From the NCBI GenBank assembly GCA_043228905.1, contig JBHGNT010000001.1, forward strand, positions 3,286,001 to 3,350,000: DNA of 64,000 nt, read 5' to 3'. This DNA comes from Azolla caroliniana. Its lineage: Eukaryota; Plantae; Polypodiophyta. Each line of letters begins with the position of its first letter. The first letter of the stretch is position 1. Below are positions 27,401-39,400 of this stretch, piece after piece. A program made the translations under genes and the position numbers. The notes beneath the pieces were generated by a model. That model did not search any database, was not told where the DNA came from, and was given only the letters and a program-made list of their open reading frames with translations.

Positions 27401-30400
27401 GCTTGGGCATAATGAGATCTCTCATGGCACCCATAAGAATCAAGTCCTCAGGCATATCTTGGTCTGCACGTTTGGTTGCACCTGCAGCTCGAGCTATTGG
27501 GATAACAAAGGAACGAAGTCCATAATCATAATGATCTTGCTTGGACAACTGCCTCTGTGATAGCTCCATGATTGCAATAAGCTTCTTTGCAAGAATCTGA
27601 AATGTAATCGTGATTTCAATACTGGCTTTTCATTTAATATCTTCAGTGTGATAGAGTCCTAATTGAACTTCATTATTTACCTTAGCTGTTCGAAAACCTT
27701 CACTAAACAACATATTCTCCGCTATCAGTGTAAAATCTGGAACCATCATGGAAACAGGACGAACCATAGCCTTTAGATTTTCAGGTAGTTCACTTCGGCC
27801 TGCATAACCTGGATTCATAGTAACAAATATCCCACAAGTGGGTATAAGCCTTATCTCTGTCCCTGAGAAAATAAAGCGTGCTTGGCAAGCTTTTATAGCA
27901 GACATGATGGATGCAATCTGTGTAGCAACAACTGAAAGTACTTCTACTTCTATCCGGTTAAATTCATCCAGACATATCCAGGCTCCTGTTTGTGCTATTC
28001 CACAGAACATTGTAGCAGTCATCTTATAATCTACACCATCAGAGCAATTGAAAACAATGACATATCTGCAGTAAAGATCAATTTGATCTTTTTAGAATAT
28101 TATATAACTACACTTCTGTTTGAACAAAAACATATGATAGAATAACTGTAGACTTTCTCGAAGTAAGTGTTAAATGTAACGACAGTTACAAGAACTGCAA
28201 ACCATCAACATTTTTACGGTTAGGATCAAAGAGCTTAGTATCAAAGAGAGAATTCAGATTCACGCCTTTTTAGATAATGCATCTGGTATATTCGAAAGAA
28301 AAAATGTAAACTTCAGCCTTGTACCAGTTTTAGAGATGAGGGAGTTTAAAATAGACCATATTGTTATTAGGAAAAAAGATGTTTCAGAATAAAATCTCTG
28401 AATAAAAGAGAAATCTAAAGCTTAAAAAAAATATTTAAAACACAACTACATCATAAGCAATCTGGACACAAAATATCATTTTTCGGTAAAGTGAGAAACC
28501 CATAATTTTTTATGCCATTCCCTAAGCTCATATTCCAGTGGATCAAAAATCTAGTAATTCAAGTATTATAAATTGGAAACGCTAGCTGACTTAATGTAAA
28601 AATCATCTTCATCATTAATGCATTTTTCTCTGAAATTTAATACCTTGCAAGTGCTTTGCCCAAATCCTTGACTGTTTCCGTTTTCCCTGTTCCAGCAGGC
28701 CCTAATGGATTACCTCCTCTACGGGTGAAGAGTGCAGCACCCAATGTAATATAACATCTATCCGTCAATGGAGTTATAACTAAACGTCCATTATTTCCTT
28801 GATATTCATATCCATAACAAAATATTGACAACACCTGTGAGCATAAAAACCAGTTCAGGTTTATTTCTGTAATTAACAATACTTTATCCAAGGAACCACT
28901 GTTTTCTACATGTACAGTAGAAATAATATGCTACCTGTTTAATGAAACAATCGTTTCTTTCCCAATAAAACCTCAGTTGCGATGCCCACTCAAAATCATT
29001 GGAAGATGTACAAGATACTTTTACGAGTTTCTCGATCACATCCCGTGCATGAACTTCAATCGTTATTAAGGATGTCTGGAAAAGTTAAAGTCAAAGATCA
29101 TAAGTAGTTACCCATTGATGTAAGACTAACTACATGAACATTCTAAGCATAAAATCATCACATTTTAAAAATATCTGCATAACATTTTCTCATCATCATC
29201 ATACATCACATTATATGGTGAGGTTTATTGCTGAAATGCCAGTTTTCCTCCACTATTCTTCCCAGTTCATGGTTTTTGGCTGATACTTCAAATTTTGAGG
29301 TGTGAGATTTTTATTTCTATCAAGCCACTCTAGTAACAGACATCCAAAAGAAGGCGTTGCACCTCATGTTTCTCTTCACTGTGAGTCTCTTTATGTGATC
29401 ATAAAGGCATTGTCAAATCAGTTGCCCCAAAGTAAACATGAGGGCTATGTTACCTTAATAACCACCTAGCTGATTATGAAGAACGACAACTATTAAACCA
29501 CCATAATATAAAGAGAACAAGAGAGTGTAGAGAGTGCACATAAGTGGATTGCATGCAATTATGTGGGTGTATGAACAAGCTGAACAGCTCCCTGAAAGAA
29601 GAAGAATTAAGAAGAAACCAACACCACCTATAGATTTTGTTTTGATAATAAACACTTACAACTTTATTGCGGTCAATTTTTGATATACGTGACCTCGTCA
29701 TATCTGTGAGCTTGTTAAGATAACTAATCCATTTTTTAAACAGCTTCCTTAAACTGCCTTTGCTTGTTTCTGATCCCGAGAGTGCTTTTTCACAATCAGA
29801 CGTCCATTTTATTTGGCCAGCACTATAGTATACGAAGAAACAAACAGATATCACAATTATGTCTCTGATCAATATCAGTAACAAATTTTTAAATTGATGC
29901 AAGGAAAATGAAGTATTCTTTTCCTTAATCAGATTGTCACCTTCTACATGATTAAATTATATGGTGCTCTCAAAAACCTTGGGCATTTTGGAGTGAACAT
30001 GACGCAACTGAATGCAATGTATGCAGTCTTCCAATTGCAAGAAGCAACAAAACATCTGTATTGCAGGCTATTGTTGTACACAAAAAATTGTAAAACACAT
30101 GTAAATACTACGTGTATACCTTATAACACATTGACCTGCATTGTCTTTAACCCATTTGTCTTTTTTTGCAAGTTTGCTATCCTCAAGGGCTTTCACCAAA
30201 TGCAGCTTCACAGCAGCATACATAGCTGCCTCAACCTATTTAGATATGTATGCATGTAGATGTTACTTTCACATACATAACAGAACTAACATCACATGGA
30301 AATTATGAAAAACTATTTTAAGGAACCAGTCTCACTATCTATTTTAATATACCATGAGTATAATCATTATGACTAGAATGACAGTGAACACATTTCTGTA

Positions 30401-33400
30401 TGTGAAATAGCTCTGCAAATTAAGAGTCATATAGCATTCAATGAATTCCTAGAACATGAAGTGCTACAAAAAAGTTTCTTTTTAGAACATTGACAACAAA
30501 AGGTGATTTTGAGAAAGAAACTCTAAGATAGACATGCATGAAAATAAATTCCCTAATCCCAGTGTATGATTTTTCTTTAAGACTATATAGCACTTCTTGT
30601 GACTTCCTTTTTATAAATACAGTAATTCAATATTTTCTTTTTTATCCCAAATTTGATGATTATAACAGCAGAGCTCTATTTAACCATTAAATTTTGAGTT
30701 TTCATATCATACCCTATTAAGCCATTCCTCTGGTGGAGTATCAAGTACTACAGGTGTCGAAAAAGGTAAATACTCCCCATCAGGTGAGAAAACACCAGTA
30801 GTTTCAAATTGGCGACGGCCATCTTCTCCAGGTGCATGGATTTCAAGTCTTTTGATCCCCTCAAAGCATTTTTTTAAATGAGGCTGATACATTCCAGAGT
30901 AAAATCATATAAAGTTTCAGAATTTTGATGTCATGCGTAACAAAGTTATAACAGTGACACAAGACACCAAAATGGCCTATAAAACCAAACAAGAGGTTTA
31001 CATCTTGCAATGTTTTCTTTTCTTTGAGAACCACAAACCAAAATAAATACAACTAGACATATGGTACTAAAGGATCTATATATCTAAGAACTTTAGGTTC
31101 TAAACTTAGATATACTGAAACTTGTCTTTGAAAAATCTACAACATGGGCCACTCCATGATGGAGAGATCTCCGAAGCAAGGAAAGCACCTACAGTGCCAG
31201 GTGATAATGGACTTTATTTATTGGTGACAAGGGTGATGAGGTCGTGGTCCAGATAGTTGTGGCCTGCATGCACAACGAATAACTATTGCCTGATCTATTA
31301 TAACCCCTTTCTGGAAAACACCATTTTAACGAGAATCAAGGAAGTGGTCTATGCGGTGTTTCTACCTGAACATTTCTTGGGTCTTTGGCTTGGCCCAGTA
31401 TGTCAAGGAGGTCATCACTTGAAAGAAAATAGAAACGAGGAAATTGTTGTCGTTTCTGCTCCAAATAATCATCCAATGACTTCTGTATTTTCTCCAGTTT
31501 TTGTGCCATGCCATTGAATAAATCCATTAATCCATCAACACACAATGCATTTCGTGCATTTAGTATTTCCTGCATTACTTCAACAGTTTAAAACGAAGTT
31601 CTCAAATCTGATAGCATCAATATAAATAATTAACCAATCAGACTCACCTTCAGTCTATTCATTGAGGATACAAAGCTTTCATTGACTTGATTGAAAAGCA
31701 GAGTCTCCCCTGGCAATTGTTTACGTATATCTTCAGAGCCACCAAAAATGTTTTCCAAGTAAGACCATTGGCGTTGTACCTACACCTCCAGTACTCTGCG
31801 TTTAATATTTAAATTGATCATATTTCAGACTTGATCACATTCAGATCGTAATGCACCTGAATAATAATTTCAATTGTATCAGACACTCGTGACAGATCTT
31901 TCTCCCACATATTTATATCCTTAGCAAAATTTAGATGTGCCCTGTTAGCTTTCATGGATGATAAAGTCACTCTGTGCTCCTCAAGTATTGCAAATATTTC
32001 CTCTGTACTTCGAATTTTGTATATCTGCTTAACACATAAAAATTCAGATGATGCTAGAAAAACAAGTCTTATATCTCAAAGTTCCCTTGTGTAGTGATTA
32101 GAACCCGTCCAATCTGTACCTTGGGTATTTCCCTGTAAGCCACTATGTCAAGTTCAAGTGTCACCCATACATCTTTTATTTTCGTTAATGCCTCCTCAAT
32201 AGCAAGCTCTTTACTTGAAGCAATACTAAGCTCACTAATGGCAGCTGCATGGAGATCTAGACGTAGTTCTGCAACCTGTAAACAGACATAGTACTTATAA
32301 GACCTCCACCAAATTTCCCTATTTGACATTTCCATTATGTCAAGTAGCTTTAACATCAGTACATCAGTATATGGTTTTGAACCTTAGCAAGAGTGAACTC
32401 TTTTGAGTTCGGATCGAACTCTTGCCCAACATCATCCATTAATTGTCTCCAATGGCGTGGTCTCATGGCTGGATTTCGAAGGTCCACAGTGAGTGGAAGG
32501 GTAGATTTAAAGGCATCTATTGTGTCTTTAAGATCAATCCAAACTCCCCATCTGCATGTTCTTAACGTCAGTTGTTCCATAAGATTGAAAGACTAAAATG
32601 AACTTATCAGTATATTATGTAGAACCACTTCTCACCCCTTTGTGTCACGGCCAATTTTGAATACACGTTTACTGAAAATCGATGCTGATGATTCCATAGA
32701 TGCTGTATCAAGCTGACTAAAAAGCCCATCTTTCCAGCTGTCGAATGCTTCTTCCCATTCTTTCTTTAACATCCACATACTTTTTAACAACTCTAAGTCT
32801 TTTAGTGTTGCTGCATTGTCCTTATTGGATAGCTTTTCCATTCCAAAAATGCTCATTCCAGCCCAGAGTGCTTGTGATCTTTGTTGGAATGATTCAATCT
32901 GAAATGTTAATGTTTTTCTTAGAAGAAATATTTCATTTTCATTATTATATTTGATAAACATACAAAGTAGATAATTACAACCGAGGAACTATATACAGCT
33001 CAGGAAGTTAGGCTCATATTAAAAACAATTCAGAAGGTCTAGAAGTTTTTTATTAGTCTGTAAACAAGTATTCATTGATAATACCACATGAATCTAGCAT
33101 TTGAACGCAATGCCTCATTTGGAAAACATCAGAACTGGATTTTTTAGAATAAAAAGAGTGCAAGAAAGAAGTATGAAAGATATATTAACATCTCTACTGA
33201 TTTTGTCGCAACTCCAGAAATTCTGACTTCAATTCACCTAATCATAGCAACTCAAATTGAAAGAAAAACTATATAAATAACTACTGAAAATATATAAGAC
33301 AAATAAACTACCAATGACCCAATGTTCTTAAATTTGTCCATGTAAGATGACTACTTACTCATACATATTCTTAAATTATTTCTAGGAGCACAAATAACCC

Positions 33401-36400
33401 AACACATTAGGAGCACCTTGCTATATTCTTCTTCAATAAATGCCAAAGCTTCATGAGTTTTGGTCAAGCTTGTAGTTGGCATCTTTTCTATAAATGCAGC
33501 TCTTGCATCAGATACCTATCAGCCCACAAATCAGATCCAGTGTGTTAACTGAAAATTAATATGCAGTTGACCAGGAACTTTCAACAGCCCCCTGAAATAC
33601 TAACATTATAATGCAGTTAGATCTTTACCTCTTTTGAGAAAGACTTCACCATAAGAGAAAGAGTCTCATAGAACCCTTTCTTAGCCTGTTCAAGCTCTCC
33701 TTCTAAGCTTAGCAACATCTCCTCAAATGTGTCCCACTCCAATGGCAATCGATCAAGCATTGTCATCTCTTCTTCAGTTATCGGAACCTAACATGAAATA
33801 TATAAAATGAGATTGAAATTTAGGATATGCCTTCCCCCAGAGATCCCTCATGGAAATAAGGATAAATATGCTGGCTTGGCACAAGTATCTAAAGTTAAAA
33901 CTCAATCATAGTAGTTTTATGCCCACCAGTATAACCCTATTCTATAAAATAATTATTGTAATATGAAGGATCATCTATAATGCCCATGAGCTGAAGCAAA
34001 ATTCAGTAAAACTATCAGTGTATGCTTTGGATAATGCTTAATGAGATAGATGGTACTTCATGGCGGCTAAAATCACATGTCTCCAGCTACAATCTTCTCC
34101 TCGACTGCTGACATTTCATATGGTGTATCTCATATCAGACAATAATCATAGTCCTTATATGATATCTATCAAGATTTGGAAACAATAGAATTGCCATTTG
34201 GTGGATTTCTTTCTGGAATATGCATATGGTTTATGATTGTAGATGAAGCTCATCATGTAGAAACGTACAAAGAAGGTAAACACAATATTTCCATTATGCA
34301 TACACATGACCCATCCATTGACACAATAACAATGTAAGTTAATAAATAAAGATCATTAGTCCCTTGACAACCCAACTATAACTGGCCACGAAAAGGTTTA
34401 AAAAGTACCTCAAACTTTTGAAGTGTTCTATACTTCTCTTCAAGAGGTTCAAACCGTGCCTTCACTTTTGGACATTCTTCACGAATAGCGTGCCAATGGT
34501 TAACTTTTTCAGTAAGCATGTCTAAAGTGTCAGGTGTCCGTTTCAACTCTTGTGTATTTCTATAAATTAAAAAAACGAAGTTAAAATATCTTAGACTACT
34601 TCTGAAATTCTCAGCTTACATTTCTCTCTCTTTCTCTCTTTCTTGGAGACAGTTCCATTCTGGATCGACCTATGCTAGAGATCTTTCGAAGACAAAAGCT
34701 ACAATATACCTAACTTGAGGATCTCATTTCTTTTCTTTTCATGTTATTTACTTTTATATTTACTATGTAATATTTATTTTATTTTGATTTGTTCTCAAAG
34801 ACGAGACAACACTTAAGATGTAATCTCTTATTTGGTCTTATAGGCCATTTTGGCCTCTTAAAAGACGTTAATATATCTTTCTTTCTTTCTTTTCCCTCGC
34901 TTCAGAGACATTTCCATTCTGGATCAACCTATGATAGAGATCTTTCGAAGACAAAAGCTACAATATACCTAACTTGAGAATCTCGCATGTGCCAAAAACC
35001 AGATTCTCTCGTCTCTTTTCTTTTCATCTTATTTACTTTTATATTTACTGTGTAATATTTACTTTATTTTGATTTGTTCTCAAAGATGAGAAAACAGTAC
35101 CCAAGGTTGGCACTTATGTCATCAAGACAACTGGCTGAAAATGGACACTCATTGTTGGTATGCTGAACTGCAGCAATGGTTCGAGTCACATGGCATGAGT
35201 ATAAATGCACTACCCCCGTTCCAATATAGCTTGGACTGTCCCCATCTAAATATGACCAAAGTGGAAAAGAACAGAGTGATCCGAACTGATATTATTAACT
35301 TGGAAAACAAGATAACATGAATCAGCCCCAAAATACCACTTGGTACAAAGTTGGCCCACTATAAGACACACTTCTTACATATATCGGAGGATGGATTCGT
35401 CATCAGGCCACCTTATATGGACATACATCTATCCTATGCGCTGCGTAGTGTGATAGGGCAGCTGTGAACTTCATCACATCAGCTACAGATTGAAGTAGGC
35501 AGATATACATGACTACCTCTAGAAAAGAGAATTTGCCAATTGTGTCATCAAGGAGTGGAATCTGAGGAACACTATGTTTTTCATTGTAGTGTCTTTTATG
35601 AAATCAGAGGGAGATACCATTGCCTCTTTAAACAAGCCTTTGGCCACTACGCAAGGTAATGGAATATGAGGACCAACGATGCCTAGGACTTTTCTTGCTA
35701 GAGCTCAAGAGACATCGAGAAAAGTTGTTGAAGAATACAGCCACACAAGCTCATCCACAAAGAACAATCACAACTTTCTTTAGCCTCATCACTCCTAATG
35801 CTAGAAGTCAACCCCGGGATACACAAATGGGCTTCAGACCAGGACATAACAAAGGGGTTACAATTGATCGGGCAATGGCAATTTGTCATGCACGTAGGCC
35901 TCGGCTCCATGGACCACGACCTCGACACCCTTGTCATCGACAGATAAAAGCCATTATCTCCCGCCATCATAGGTGCTTCCCTCGCTCCAGAGGCATTTCC
36001 ATTCTGGATCGACCTATGCTAGAGATCTTTCGAAGACAAAAGCTACAATATACCTAACTTGAGGATCTCACATGTGCCAAAAACCAGATTCCCTCATTTC
36101 TTTTCTTTTCATGTTATTTACTTTTATATTTACTGTGTAATATTTATTTTATTTTGATTTGTTCTCAAAGACGAGACAACACTTAAGATGTAATCTCTTA
36201 CTTGGTCTTATAGGCCATTTTGGCCTCTTAAAAGACGTTAATATATCATTCTTTCTTTCTATACATACACACACACACACACGGATTGACTCAATATAGG
36301 TTGCATGGAAGAATGTCACCATACCTATCCATGTACATGTAGATATCCTCCAAATCCGCTTTGGCAATTGAGTTAAGTAATGTCCTGCATAAATATGCAT

Positions 36401-39400
36401 GAATATGGGAATTACATTCACATGACGAATAAACAATATCCTTGTATTTTAAAGGTATTACAAATGCCTTTTCACTAAATTTTTCAAAACAAACACTATT
36501 TCATGGCTACCACTATCCTAGGAAGTCACAAAGTTCAATTTACGAACAAATAAAAGTTCCAGAAAGAGAATATGAACTATAGCTACAAGAGTTTAGTCCT
36601 AGCTAGTCATTCACAAAGAAGTGTCTCATATAAAGACATTCATAAACTATAAATGAAGATACTGTTATAAGATTAGAATATTTTGGGTCTTCAAATTACG
36701 TGCATATGGGTGAGTAAATTAGTTGATTTAATAAAAAGGGGAACTGCATTGATATAAACAGCCCATACATAGACCATAGTTTGCAGAAAATATGACCTGC
36801 TTCTGTTAAAAAATCTCTCAACTACATATCACCTCTATAAGACTGACACAGGATTGTATAAGTGAGCATGGATCCAGACTAATTCCATTGTCTCACGTCA
36901 CATTAAAGGGAAAGAAAAGAGGAGGTTTCCCTAAAATTCTTAAAATCCTCATCTCCTTTCTTGAGTCCACCCACGATGAGCTCTTGAAAGCATCTCATAC
37001 ACTTGTTTACTCACTAACAAAAACTCAACTGCCTTGATACCTTGGTACTTCAGATTTTCGCTACAAGAAAACTGTTGACTTTATTTACAGTTAGTATAAG
37101 GCAAAGTTTTCAAAAAATGAAACCTTATATTAGCACATAACGTTGAGAGATGGAAAAATAATAAACCTGCAAATATAGGCTGATTACAAGAGAATCCTAC
37201 TGAAGCCTCAGAAAGAGAAGATTAATGGTCATCCTACAAAACTGGTACTGTTCAATAGTCAACCTAATAGCGTGTTGTGCTCCTACCACCATCCTAACTG
37301 TGAGGATGAGCATATCGTAGCTGTATATATTACATCCGTAGAATTTCTCTCATGGGTTATTTGTAACGTTTATGTAGGGCCCTGTTTCCTACAACCAAAA
37401 CCTTAAAATTCTTCCCATGCTTTGATAAATAATGCATGCTCGGTTAATCTCAAATTCATGGGCAAATCAATAAGCTAATAACATTGAGGAAAGTCTTAAA
37501 TTTTCACCTAAAAGTAAGACCTAAACTGAAAGAAAATGAAAACTTCAAGCGAATGAACTCTGTTCCACACTTCTTTTTACCATACTGCAACTCAATGAGC
37601 AGACTAATTTACTTTCTTCTGAAAATCGCAACTTCCAAAATAGAGTGACTTCCAAAATCCTCATGGGGTATAATGTAACAAAGGCGTTTGTTTTGATTCA
37701 CATCTCATTTTTTAATTTATAGAATAATTAGTGTTAAACATGCCTTTGTGTAAGATTATACATACTCGTTCATATACCCAAGGACCTAATGGAATCTCCA
37801 ATGTCATTTATATATTATATGACTTAGTTTCATAAAAATATGAGCACTCAACTTCCCCTCTCCAGGAATTCCATTATTTTTGTGTCCTATATTCCACCAT
37901 GTACCTCATCAAATAATTTGCTTTAAATATGTTTTTATCTAAAACAATGACAGATTAGCTTATATACTTACGTGAATTTATTAACCCATCCTTCACAATG
38001 ACCAACCAGTGAATTCTTGAGAGGTCCACAATCTATTCTCAGAAAACGTACATTTGTAACAGTCTCTTCTGCCTAGTAGATAGCATATTATAAAATTATC
38101 ATAAGCATTTGAATAGTAAATCCTAATGCGTAGCTCTCAATATGCATTACAAAGAGTATCATATTTCATAGATATTAGAAGAAAGAAAGAAAGAAAGAGC
38201 TAGTACAATTTTCTACCTGAACATCATCCTGCAAGTCTTGATACTTCATAATGTCACTCTCAAATGCTGATAAAGGTTTTTTAGCACGCTCATATCTTTA
38301 TCAATTTCATCCAAAAAGAGAGAATGATTCAAATAAGAAATAAACGGTTCATCATTCATAACATAATCATTTGTGTTCCTAATACTCCATAATAGCATAG
38401 CTCAAGTCAGTAGATCAGATTGTACCTGCGTATATAAGCATCTTTATCTTGATCCCAAACACTTTTATATTTCTTTTCCCAATATTGCATGTATTGTTGT
38501 ACCTTGTCTGTTACTCCTAAGACCCCTGCTGTTATCATCATCAATACTTCTTCTTGATCCATAGCAATGACCTGAAACGACTTTGAAGATGCCTTACATG
38601 TCTGAAGACAAACGAAATCAAGAAAATTAATTTACCCATATAGATTTACCTCAAAGAAGCTTGGCAAAAAGCCATATGGACTTGGCATTGTTTTATTGTT
38701 GCTTAATTGACTGGTATAATCACTTCCTTGAGCAATGACTTTTTGCTCTCTTAATCTTGGCACAACAGAAATAATAGTTATCAGTTCCCTTGCTGCTTTC
38801 TGAACTACCTCCAGCAACTCCTGAAAATTTCCATGAATAAATTCTTCAAAAGATTTTTAAACGTACAGTCAGTGAGGCTTATTATAGTATACAAGTAGAA
38901 TTGCACCATCTACTCATGGAAGTGTTTTTTAACCGGTGGCCAACCTGAATTAAATCCTTCTCAAAGTATTACTATAATAAAGTAACAACATTCATTAATC
39001 CCTAGAATATCCAATGAGAGACATACAGAGGACAGATCTCGGTTTCAGTTTGTACTAATGGATTATCAATCATATTTAGGATGAGATATAATTATGTAAT
39101 TAGATGATAGTAGGGTCTTGACCTCAACATGCAAAACAGGTTATAATTGACGGGCAATAGCAATTTCTTGTGCATGCAGTTCATGCCCACCTAGACCACG
39201 GAACCCTCACCCTCATTATCAACAAATCCAGGCCATTATCAGCTGACACCAAACATGCTTCCCTCGCTTTGGAGACCTCTCTATCTTCAATCAGGCCATG
39301 TTGGAGATCTTTCAAAGACAGAAGTTTCCATACATCTAAGCTCAGAATATTCTTAGCTAATGAGATTGTCTAAGTACACACACACACACACACAAATATT

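Noticed and set aside
35990-36260. Hammerhead ribozyme/retrozyme in the dispersed repeat
   Set aside because: No CUGANGA...GAAA core with flanking stems was found. The repeat is explained as a LINE ORF end and 3' UTR.
37971-38072. Apparent ~20-aa deletion in the dynein tail after GWVNKF
   Set aside because: The missing residues are encoded by the 60-nt exon at 36326-36385.
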